Source: Reclinomonas americana ATCC 50394
Lineage: Eukaryota
Assembly: GCA_048213135.1 (NCBI GenBank)
Contig: PS015092.1
Coordinates: 136,053-176,869, forward strand
DNA length: 40,817 nt
Direction: 5' to 3'
Shown here: one piece after another, positions 1-23,479 of the stretch
Position numbering within the stretch: position 1 is the stretch's first letter
How the letters are laid out: every line of letters begins with the position of its first letter
Program-made: the position numbers and the translations under genes
Notes under the pieces: model-generated
What the model was told of the DNA's origin: nothing
What the model saw: only the letters and a program-made list of their open reading frames with translations
Databases searched by the model: none

Positions 1-479
1 ACAGATACTCGCTCATCTTCGTGGAGGCTCTGTGGAGTTCGTTCACGGCAATGTGTTTCAAGACTTGACTGCATCTCTGCCGGATGACGGGTGCTTGCGT
101 CCCGCTTGACGGTGGATCGGTTGTTTACGATCGTGCTCAGACTTGCTTGTGGAACGCTTGTGACGCTAGATGGATCTTTGCCGGTGCTGCTGCCGAGCTG
201 TTACAAGGAGGAGGTCGACCTCGTCTGGTGACGGTGATGCGGAGGTGCTGAATTCTTCTGGGGTGGAGCTGGATTGTGCTAGCAGTTCGTGTGCCACCGA
301 TTGCTGAGTGATGGATGCTTCTCGGGACTGTAGGCGCTTCCTGGGTCAACGCTATGCGGAGGACTTCACGAGTTTCCGACTCTGGCTTTTTTCTTTGTTT
401 TTTTCTATAATAGAGCATTTTGTATGAGTATGAGTGAATCCATCGCCTGTTGTAGTTGGTGGGTGGTGGGGCAAGGGAG

Positions 480-802
480 CGCATGCAAAGCGGAGCGGGG
501 GCGGGGGCGGGGGCGGGGCAGCCGCGGCTAAAAATGGGCACCGTGCCGGCACCGGACGACGCCGGATGAGCTTCATTCTGCAGAACTGGTGAGTTTTTTC
601 TCCTTTTTTGTCGACTGCCGGGCCGGGCTATGCAGAGGGAAGTGGGAGAAATGTACCCGGACGGTGCCGAGCCGGTACCGTGGACGGTACCGTATTCATT
701 CGTTGCATGGAAGGGTTCACTAAGGGAGGATTTCCACCGGACGGTGCCGGACGGCACCGTTGCCGAATTGTTCCGGTGCCGTACGACACGGGACAGTCCT
801 GG
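480..802. repeat. Cluster of short direct and inverted GC-rich motifs (CCGGACGGTGCC / GGCACCGT) plus a (GGGGC)n run; possible DNA-transposon subterminal remnant
   Basis: ggcaccgtgccggcaccgg occurs at ~537, ccggacggtgccgagccggtaccgtggacggtaccgt at ~657, ccggacggtgccggacggcaccgt at ~737 and ccggtgccgtacgacacgg at ~773. I found no second terminus or target-site duplication. Confidence 0.3.
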
Positions 803-1149
803 CTGTGTATGCATGCGCACAAGTGAATCTGACCGCTGCGTGGCGCATGGCCGCCCCACCATGTCTGGTTTCCACACCACTTACACACGCACTCACTAGA
901 GTTCGCCAGACTCGCTCTATCATCACACACATCTTTATCTCTACTCTCAAAAGTGTTGTCCGCTCATTCATCCTCAAAAGTAACATGTATCGGCCGTGTG
1001 CACATGTATCTTCACTTTGCTTCTCTGTCTCTGCAGCAAGCAGCTGACAGAGTGGCAGTAGTGCTGGTGCTTTCTCTCCATCTACCTCTTTCTCCCTCTC
1101 TGAATTATTATCAGTCGCTCACCTCTCGTGCTCCTTCTTTCCACAGATC

Positions 1150-9440
<8,291 letters not shown>

Positions 9441-9514
9441 AACAGCGCACATTGAGTGTCATCAAGCCATAAGAGCAATAGAGCAAGCGAGTCAGCAGCA
9501 GGTGGTGTCTCGCA

Positions 9515-9840
9515 CGGAGCTCCGAGAGCGAACACACACACACAAGGAACCTGCTGCTTCCTCAAGATTGGTGTTTGTGTAGATGTTTTGGATGCAGTTG
9601 AACTTGGTCATCAAGGCAGCTGTTGCTTGTTTGTTGGTGAATGAATTTGTTGTTACCACGCTTATGCGGTGAAGATCGCAGTTCTCGACTTGTTCGGAGC
9701 TCCGAGAGCGAATTCGAACACAAGACACCTGCTGCTGCCTCAAGATTGGTGTTTGTGTTGATGCTTTGGATATTGTTGAACTTGTTCATCAAGACAGCTG
9801 TTGCTTGTTTGTTGGTGAATTTATTTGTTTGTTATCATGA
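9515..9840. repeat. Two-copy degenerate tandem repeat, period ~180 bp
   Basis: cggagctccgagagcgaa...cctgctgc..cctcaagattggtgtttgtgt...cagctgttgcttgtttgttggtgaat starts at both 9515 and 9695. Confidence 0.9.
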
Positions 9841-10052
9841 TCAGCACAAATATAAATTTGAACGCCGGCGATGTCAGATCCGGATCGGCAGTATTCGACT
9901 GCGAAGGAGGTCAAACAGCCAAAGAGTAAAGTGGTTGCTTTCTGGCCCGGCGGTCGCGTACGACACAAATCCGCGACATCCAGTCTGTGGACAATCCAAT
10001 GCATGCAGTCACACATGCCAATTGTCACATATTCACACGAAACACACACTCA

Positions 10053-14935
<4,883 letters not shown>

Positions 14936-15241
14936 GTTGCGTAAGAGTTGTCTCGCTGTTATCGCCCTCTATTTCCTGTCTCGTGTGCGCATGTGTGCGT
15001 CTCTCTCTCTCTCTCTCCCTCCCTTCTCCCACCCCTCTCCCGTTCCCTTTCCCTTTCCTCCCTCTTCCCTTTCCCTTCCCCCTTTTCCTTTCCCTTCTCC
15101 CTCCTTCTCACATTCCCATNNNNNNNNNNNNNNNNNNNNCGGTGGAGTTGGTGAAGAGTCGCTGACAGTTGTTTCCACTTGTTTTTTATTGTCGTGGTGA
15201 ATAGCGCATCAGAGCTGGTGCTTGTTGTTGTTGTTGGAGCC

Positions 15242-15506
15242 TCACACTTGTGCAATGCCGAGTGGGTTCATGTAGTTGGCCTGCCGTGAGGCGGGACCGG
15301 GGGCACCGGCTCGGCCGGGTGCACCGCGACCGGCAGCAGCATTGGCGGCACCGGCCTTGGTGTTCCTCACCACGGCGGCCGACGCTGCCACCACGTCGTC
15401 ATCGTCGTCGTCGGAAAAGTCCTCGTACACGGGCATCTCCAGGCCCTGGCGCTGCACAAAGGCCTCGTTTTGCTTGAACTTGTACCACGCGCGGGCCTTT
15501 ACGACA
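15242..15506 (-). CDS. Probable terminal exon of the anoctamin gene on an inverted contig (15140-15514)
   Basis: The minus-strand acceptor ttgcag|tgtcgta is phase 2 and matches the donor ggcca|gttgcg at 14936. The join reads PDVPGHVVKARAWYKFKQNEAF...PLGIAQV*, a plausible anoctamin C-tail. Confidence 0.7.
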
Positions 15507-15534
15507 CTGCAACGNNNNNNNNNNNNNNNNNNNN

Positions 15535-16292
15535 TCACCACCTCGCAATTGTGCAGGGGCGGCGCGTCGTCCGCCCGCCCAAAGTGCGCCCGCAGCACCG
15601 CATCGTGGAAATCCCCATGGCCAAACACCGCCACCTCCTCATGCCCCGCCTCGGCCACCGCCTGCAGCCGCCTTGCAAAGCTCTCCACGCGCGCATCCAG
15701 CGACTCCATTGGCTCAATGAAGCGCTGCTCCCGAAAGGCCGCTGCCCACGTCGCCGAGTCGTGCGGTTGTCGCGAGTGCGCCTCCGGCACCCACCACCAC
15801 ACCGCAGACAACTCGTCAATCCCGCGAAACACATGTCCGTATCGCTCCTTGAGTGCGGACGGCTGTATTACATCGACATATATATCAGCCCGGCACAGTC
15901 GCAGATAGTAGCGCAGATGCTCGACGGACGAAACATCAGCTCCAATGTCGCAGCTGGCCTCGACCCACTCTGCATGCTCGGGCCACATGTGGTACTCTGC
16001 CTGTGCATGATCTTCCGGCGGCATCATGAGCAGAGTGGTCTGCAGAGCGCGACTCAGAGGCGACGACACAATGAGAGTGGGGCGGAGGTGAGAGACACGC
16101 GAGCGGGCCTCTGCAGGGAGTGGTCAGTGAGTGAGTGATGAGGAGCAAGAGAGTGAGTGAGTGTGAGAGACCAGTGGCTTGTGCGATGCCAAAGTCGGTG
16201 AGTGGTGCGTCGAATGACATGGGGTCCTCGCCAGTGGCCTCCAGCTGCGCATTGTACACGCTCTGTGCGTGTCGCACAAAGTGAACGCGCAT
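15535..16292 (-). CDS. Histidine phosphatase / phosphoglycerate mutase-like protein (3' end lost in gap)
   Basis: It begins MRVHFVRHAQSVYN (RHxxS catalytic motif) and continues DAPLTDFGIAQA. After an intron (16171-16111) come IVSSPLSRALQT, VAVFGHGDF and LHNCEV. Confidence 0.9.
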
Positions 16293-16771
16293 GGAGAGGG
16301 CGAAAGAGTGAGATTAGATGTGTCCTGTGACGTATGTGCAAGCTGGGGTCGATGTTGAGTGTGTCTGGACTGCTGTTGTGTGTGAGTGCATAGTGCTGTA
16401 AGCGAGAGTGCGATCTGAGGGCGATTTTCTCGCAAGAGCGTCGACTTCGAGCTGCAGAAGTTCTTTCTCTCGCACCCTCTTCGCTCCTGCAATGCACCGC
16501 ATATTGCTTCATGCTGTGCTCTCCACGTATGCACAACGTACGCGCCACACAGCAACGCCAACGAAGAGAACGTTCGAGAATGGCGAACGTCGACGTTCGA
16601 AATCATTGCTCCTCTCTTTCTCTTCATCGCGCCTCCATCGCCTCCTCACAGCGTACACACTCACGCATACACCAACGCACTCATAACGCAGCGCAAAAGA
16701 GCTCAACTTGGGCGAAGAAAACGGCAAACTTCCGTCGGACAACTCTCAATCACTCAATCACTCACTGAGCG

Positions 16772-17231
16772 ATGGCGATCGTGTTAGGCATCGGTGTAGG
16801 CCTTCTCGTGGTCATTATCCTTGTCCTCCTCGGCCTCCTCTCCTGTTATCTCTTCTCCTCCACGCGATATCTGCGGTCAGTGAACATCTCTCCATTGCAC
16901 TGTCTTTCTCTCACTCACTCTCTCTCCTGCGCACAGCATCGTGTGCATTGTGGCCACACTCGTTCCACTCATCCTCTTTGGCTTCTTTGCGTTCGCGCCC
17001 AAGTCAGAGTCGCCTGCCTCCACAGTTATGCCTGTCACTTGTCACTCATCTCGTCTCTCCTCTGCCTCTCATGACTCTTCTTTCGGTGCACAGGAACGCG
17101 ACTGGAACTCCATCAGTCGCATCTTCCTTGGCGTGTTTGTGATTCTCGGCTTCATGCTGGCCTCCGTTTGCTACGTCAAAGAGTGCTGGTTGACACAGCG
17201 AAAGCGTACGCCACCTCGCACGTTCAGATAA
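16772..17231 (+). CDS. TMEM218: TMEM218-like small three-TM ciliary transition-zone protein
   Basis: Exons are 16772-16875, 16937-17024 and 17094-17231; the second intron is in frame, so it is less certain. The sequence MAIVLGIGVGLLVVIILVLLGLLSCYLFS...FAFAPKSESP...ISRIFLGVFVILGF resembles TMEM218 (VLGVGAGVF...LLCVLLS...FPR...IGRYVL) as I recall it. Confidence 0.7.
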
Positions 17232-17277
17232 GAGAGAGCGAGTGTAGAGTCAACTCTTTTCGCCCCTCGTTGTGTGT

Positions 17278-19328
17278 TCATTCGTCTTCGAGGAGCGACT
17301 CCACACTGAGTCCGTCGCTGGGTTCGGCCAGCCACAGGCGACACTTGTCGGGCACGAGTCCCTCGATCTCGCGCAACTCGTGGCGATCCACGTAGGGTGT
17401 CCACTCGCGCAGGCGTTGCTGGGCGGTGGCGTTGTCGCGTAGGGGACCGCGGATGAGCGCGGAGATGGTGTCGGCATCGTCGCCTTTGACAAGCGCACGC
17501 AGCACGTCGACGTAGGTGATGCCGTCGGCGGCCTGTGAGACCGTGTCCATCCACACGGCCGCGGAGCCGGCCCATCCGGCACCGGGACACAGCTTGCCGT
17601 AGACCACCAGCTGGTCGGGGAAGAGCACGTCTTGCAGGAAGTCGGCACACTGGTACGCTCTGTGTGCAAGCGTGCAAGTGAGTGGATGTGAGCTCCCGCG
17701 TTGATGCGTGCGCCGCAACTTGTCGAGTGTGCCCGACTCGGAATCGCCGCGGAAGTGGTCGCGTTTCGACTCCCACGACAGGTCGCCGAGTGCACCCTGC
17801 ACGACGCAACGCTGCACGGCGGTCAACTCGCGCAGCGAACGGTGCTGCGCGATGCAGTCGATCGCCGACTCCAGCACGGCAGCTCGCCTCCCGCTCCACC
17901 TCGGCGCATGTCTCTGCAACTCGGTCAGCAACCACTGCACGTCGTGCTCGGTGGCAAATGCCTGCGGTGTGAGGGTGGCATGCGCGTCGTGGAGAGCAGC
18001 CACGGCCTCGATGCGCCACGCCTCGCCCAACAGGAATGTGGCGACGTTGAGGGCTTGTCGGCAGCCGTACAGAGGTGCCGCAGGCGACTGGCGTGAGCAC
18101 CAGCCGAGCAGCGCCGGCTGTGAACCAATGTGATGCGCGGCCGCCACGCTGATCACCGGCACTACATTCGGTGAGAGAGCCATCTCAAAAGGCAGCGCTG
18201 GTGGTGGCGACCGGCAGTCGTCCACAAAAATGGCACAGGCTGTGTGCGAAGAGTGTGAGCGAGACGAGGAAAGACAGAGGGAGAAGTGGTTGCATTAGCG
18301 CGCGCACCCGCGTCGTGATTGCTCTCATGCAGCGCGTTGACCAGCTCGACGAGTTCCCACGGCTTGAGCTGCACGCGCGCCGTGGCAAAGGCCGCCAGCA
18401 GAGGATGCCGCAGGGCCTTGGCGTACGCGCGCAGCAGGCACACGGCGAGGCCGTAGCGAAAGACGCGCGAATTGAAGCTGCTCAAATCCAGCTGCTTCTC
18501 CTCCAACGCCGACACGCACGGCGCATGTTGCGGCGATTGCGGCGACTGCTCCTGCGCCTCGCGCTTCTCGTCCTCCTCGTCATGCGTGTGCAGCTTGCGC
18601 AAATGCCGCGACGTGCCGGTATCAATGGCCACCACACCCAGCCGCTCAGCATTGTGCTCATCGTCGTCGCCGTCGACCGCCGCGTGGGGAAACTCAAACA
18701 CCGAAAACACACTGGCCACACGCGCACCCTTCTCCGGATCGCAGTCGATCAGCACGCAGTGACCGCGTCGCCCAAATGCCGAGCTGAGCTGATCCAGCGG
18801 TCCGCACGATACACCCACGTACTCACGCTCCGCTCGCGTACACACCGCCGCCACTCGCAAAACATGCGTGTTCCACTCGCAGTGCAGCACCTGATTGAAG
18901 CAGCGCAGCACGGCCGCACACACCGACAACTCGAATGCCGCACTGGAGGAGAGCCCGAGTCCCGCCGGCAGTGTCTGCGAAACACACGGGGTATGAGAAA
19001 GCACAAAGCGAAGGGAGGGGTGACCGGCAAAGAGACGCAACAGACGACACGTACAGGTTGCAGCCCTCGGAGGCCAGCAGATCGCCGATCGCCTTGGCGG
19101 CCTCGCGATCGGGATTCGTGCAGAGAGCACGAAGGACGCCAGTGACATACTCGAGGTAACCATCTACAAGGAGAGGGAAAGGGTGGGGCAATGAAGGGAA
19201 AGGGAAGGAGGGAGGGAGGGAGGGAGGGAGGGAGGGAGGGAGGGAGGGAGGGAGGGAGGGAGGGAGGGAGGGAGGGAGGGAGGAGGAGGAAGGAGGAGGA
19301 GGAGGAGGAGGAGGAGGAGGAGGAGGAG

Positions 19329-19364
<36 letters not shown>

Positions 19365-20405
19365 NNNNNNNNNNNNNNNNNNNNNNNNNNNNNNNNNNNN
19401 NNNNNNNNNNNNNNNNNNNNNNNNNNNNNNNNNNNNNNNNNNNNNNNNNNNNNNNNNNNNNNNNNNNNNNNNNNNNNNNNNNNNNNNNNNNNNNNNNNNN
19501 NNNNNNNNNNNNNNNNNNNNNNNNNNNNNNNNNNNNNNNNNNNNNNNNNNNNNNNNNNNNNNNNNNNNNNNNNNNNNNNAGAGAGAGAGGAGGAGGAGAA
19601 GAAGAAGAAGAAGAAGAAGAAGAAGAAGAAGAAGAAGAAGGAGGAGGAGGAGAAAAGAAGAACAACAACAAGAAGAAGAATGAGGAGGAGGAGAAGAAGA
19701 AGAAGAAAAAGAAGAAGGAGAAGAAGAAGAACATGTGCAACAACAATAAGAAGAGAATGGAGGAGTAGAAAAAAGAGAAGAGGAAGGAGAAGAAGAAGAA
19801 GATAGAGAAGGAGACGAAAAAGTAGAAGAAGAAGAACAAGAAGACCATGAGCGATGAAAGCCACTGCAGTGTCAGGAAAACAATCTCAGAAACCTCCCCT
19901 TCCCTCCTTCCTCTCTCTCTCCCTCTCACAGTGCTCACCACCACCACCAGCAGCAGCTGCAATCGCCTCCTCTTGCACCTGCACAGTCACCGTCGAATCG
20001 ACCTCTCTCACCACTTTCAGAGTCGACGGAACGCCCTCTCGCGACGAGTGCGTGCGTGAGTACACCAGCACAAGTCCATCAGTGCGCGGAGAGGCCAGGC
20101 ACTCGACTTGCAGAGGCAGGGCGAAGCTGTCATGAGAAAGACAGATTTTCGCGCGCAAATCCATTAGAGACGAGTGTGAGAGAGTGAGTGAGAGAGGGGC
20201 AAGGCGTACCCAAGGCAGTAGTGATTGCTCCAGTCGGTGTGTGCACCACCTGTTGCACGCGAGAGAGTCAGTCTCTCTCCCTCTCTGCTGCTGGTTATGC
20301 TTGCTTGAGTGACCGACCTGCATTGAGTCGACCCGGTGCACATGATCGCACAGTGGGCGCACAGGCAAACAGCTGTGAGAAGGCCTCGACTGTGTCTGCG
20401 CTCAT
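17278..20405 (-). CDS. GHMP-family sugar kinase (galactokinase/galacturonokinase-like)
   Basis: Exons are 20405-20318, 20249-20210, 20126-19939, 19163-19042, 18974-18308, 18239-17720 and 17659-17278. Motifs are APGRLNAGGAHTDW, TLPAGLGLSSSAA (ATP-binding), AEREYVGVSCGPLDQ, VLIDC and GKLCPGAGWAG. Confidence 0.88.
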
Positions 20406-20486
20406 TGAAGGAATGAAACTGAAATTGTCTGCCGGTGTTCACTGGACGGATCGCGAGTGGCATGCGTTACCATGCACGTTGTGTTC

Positions 20487-20975
20487 TCACTTGCGATATC
20501 CGCCGCCGCCACCACCTTGGCCAGGGCCGCCTGCGCCTGGTGGGACCATTGGAGGCCGATCGGAATCGATAATGGCCTGGTCAATCATTCGTCTCAGTGC
20601 ATCGTCGGTCGCCGCCCACTGCGACGAGGCCTCCACGAGTCGCGTCAGTTGCGCCTCGCGACGTGCTTGTACCTCGGCTTGCTTGGCCTCCCATCGCTCC
20701 AGTCCGGCCGCGCGTCGCTGCTCTCGTGCCGCCAGCACTTGCTGCTGTTGCAACTCGATCGCGGNNNNNNNNNNNNNNNNNNNNNNNNNNNNNNNNNNNN
20801 NNNNNNNNNNNNNNNNNNNNNNNNNNNNNNNNNNNNNNNNNNNNNNNNNNNNNNNNNNNNNNNNNNNNNNNNNNNNNNNNNNNNNNNNNNNNNNNNNNNN
20901 NNNNNNNNNNNNNNNNNNNNATCGGCGACTGGCCTTGGCGCGTTCGTGTTCCGCCACGCGGTCTTGCTTGTCGGA
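20487..20975 (-). CDS. 3' fragment of a coiled-coil protein, possibly mitochondrial ribosomal protein mS26-like
   Basis: The acceptor ctccacag| is followed by SDKQDRVAEHERAKASRR [gap] ...EAQLTRLVEASSQWAATDDALRRMIDQAI...YRK*. This resembles the mS26 C-terminal pattern from memory. Upstream exons were not found. Confidence 0.35.
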   Translation of the reverse strand, partial: SDKQDRVAEHERAKASRRXXXXXXXXXXXXXXXXXXXXXXXXXXXXXXXXXXXXXXXXXXXXXXXXXXXXXAIELQQQQVLAAREQRRAAGLERWEAKQAEVQARREAQLTRLVEASSQWAATDDALRRMIDQAIIDSDRPPMVPPGAGGPGQGGGGGGYRK

Positions 20976-21302
20976 CTGTGGAGGGTGGGGGGAAGGTGGG
21001 TAGGGGGAAGGGGGAAGGGGGAAGGGGGAAGGGGGAAGGGGGAAGGGGGAAGGGGTATAAAGGGAAAGGAGGGATTAGAGAAGCGGGGAGGAATGCGTGT
21101 GAAGAACGAGTCGTAAGAGGCAGGGAGAGGTGTAGTAGAGTAGAGAAGCTAGAATGCAACACTCTTCTCCTCGAACGAGTCGTTGAGAAACACGGAGCGA
21201 GAGAGGCAACTGGAGAGGAAGAGACAAGGATAGCAAAGAATGCACACTCGAGCCATGATAACGCATGTGCTTCCAGCAGGCGTGTTATCGTTGAGAGGCA
21301 GG

Positions 21303-21333
<31 letters not shown>

Positions 21334-22201
21334 GAGACAAATGGAGACGAGGAGCGACAAGGGAAGCTGTCACCTCCTCTCCTTTCTTCCTTCAGCCTAA
21401 AAAGTCAGCTGCTGCTCTTCTTGATCTACTCTCTTTGCATCGAATATCTCAACCAGTTATCTCCCTCTCCTCACACAGGCATCATTTCCACCCCTTCTCT
21501 TCCTCCAAAACAGCCTTATGAGAACGGAAAACGAAGAGAACAGGATGACACAGGAGAGACGTGCATATGTGTGTGAATGAGAAGCAGCATTCCCTATTTC
21601 TGCTCTGTCCATCTCTCCCTCTCGCTTGCACTCTTCCTCGCAACCAGCCTTCCCTTATAAGGCGATGAAGAGGGAAGAGGATGAGATGAGAGATGCAATG
21701 CGTAAGCGCGAAAGATCCTTCACTCTCTCACTCGCGCACACACATACACAAGAATGCATCTCTCACAGCAATCGATCACCTCATACACCTCTCTCTCTCT
21801 CTCTCTCTCTCACTCACACACGCACACACCCTGCATGCATCGCTCAGTGTGCACATCTCATCCTGTGCTCTTCACTCCTTCTCCTCCTCCTCCTCCTCCT
21901 CTCTCTCTCTCACACACACACACAAACACACTTCTTCACGCATCTCGCCCAGTGTCGAAAATCCCATCCTGTTCTCTGCGTTTCCTCCTCCTATCCGTTC
22001 TCCTCCCAGCTCTCTCTCTCTCTCTCTCTCTCTCNNNNNNNNNNNNNNNNNNNNNNNNNNNNNNNNNNNNNNNNNNNNNNNNNNNNNNNNNNNNNNNNNN
22101 NNNNNNNNNNNNNNNNNNNNNNNNNNNNNNNNNNNNNNNNNNNNNNNNNNNNNNNNNNNNNNNNNNNNNNNNNNNNNNNNNNNNNNNNNNNNNNCTGGTG
22201 T

Positions 22202-22236
<35 letters not shown>

Positions 22237-22643
22237 AGGAGGAGAAATAGACAGCCAGTTCAAGAGAAAACAGTGTGTGTGAGAGAAAGAGGAAGAGCGG
22301 GGAAGTGAGCAAGAGAGAGGAGAGAGAGAGAGACAGAGAGAGAGACCAAAAGGAAAAGAGGAAACAGTGCGAGAGTGCAGCAATGAGCCGTCTCGTGTGC
22401 GAGAGAGGTAGAGGATGTGTGTGTCAGTGTGAGAGAGAGAGAAAAGGAGGGTGAGGAAAATAGAGAATGAGTCGAAGAGAGAAAACAGTGTGAGCGAGAG
22501 ACAAAGAAGGGGAAGGGGGGAAGAGAGAGGAGAGAAAGATGAGAGAAGTGCACATATGAGCCGTCTCGTACACTTGTGTGAGAGAATGAGGGAGTGTGTC
22601 TGTACGCGAGAAAGAGAGTAGAGAGAACAGAGAGCCAACACAC

Positions 22644-22920
22644 CTACTCGCATGACGCCGTTGGGTGTCACCGACAAGCCCGCCCCACCTGGTGCTCCCA
22701 TCACCGGCGACGCCGCCATCAACGTCGCATGCGGGTTGGGCGTCGGCGGTGGCGCACCAGGCGTCACCTTCTTCGCCGCACCACCAACAGACGACGCAAT
22801 CGCCGTCGACGTCTGCGCAATCTTGGCCAGTGATCCCATCATAGACGAAGAAGAAGGTGGTGGAGGCGGTGGCGGTTGCGGCTGCACAGGCGGCGGAGGT
22901 GGCGGAGGCGGCGGATGCGG
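22644..22920 (-). CDS. Pro/Ala-rich exon, probably an upstream exon of the 23480-27872 gene on an inverted contig (22195-22920)
   Basis: It reads PPPPPSSSSMMGSLAKIAQ...TPNGVMRV and ends at the phase-1 donor g|gtgtgt. This matches the phase-1 acceptor atgcag|gc at 23480 (giving GPRRVISG). Confidence 0.55.
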
Positions 22921-23020
22921 NNNNNNNNNNNNNNNNNNNNNNNNNNNNNNNNNNNNNNNNNNNNNNNNNNNNNNNNNNNNNNNNNNNNNNNNNNNNNNNN
23001 NNNNNNNNNNNNNNNNNNNN

Positions 23021-23078
<58 letters not shown>

Positions 23079-23100
23079 CTACTACTCTCTCTCGTCTCTC

Positions 23101-23180
<80 letters not shown>

Positions 23181-23479
23181 ACCAGCTGCATACACAACGG
23201 CTCGCTTCTCTTCTTTCTCTTCCATTCCGTCTCTCACACAGAGTTTTCGTTCCTCCCTTTTCCCCTTCGGGTGTATATATCTCTCTCTGTTTCTCGCCAA
23301 CTCGCTGTTGTACATGCAGCAAGGTGCCCTTTCTCTCCTCCGCACCCAGTTTCTCTGCACCCCTCTCTCATTCTTGCTTCCCCTATCTCTTCCCCTTTGC
23401 CTCCCTCTCTCTTTCCCTTTGCCTTCCTCTCTCTCTTTTCCCTCGCCTCCTCCTCCCTCATCCTCCTCCCGCTATGCAG

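Noticed and set aside
1-420. Possible coding sequence or retroelement/Helitron end at the window start
   Set aside because: There is no recognisable protein motif or terminal structure within the window.
15242-16069. Single ORF fusing the PGM-like domain to an acidic/Ala-rich tail
   Set aside because: It reads through an N-gap, and the tail has its own acceptor that fits the anoctamin gene.
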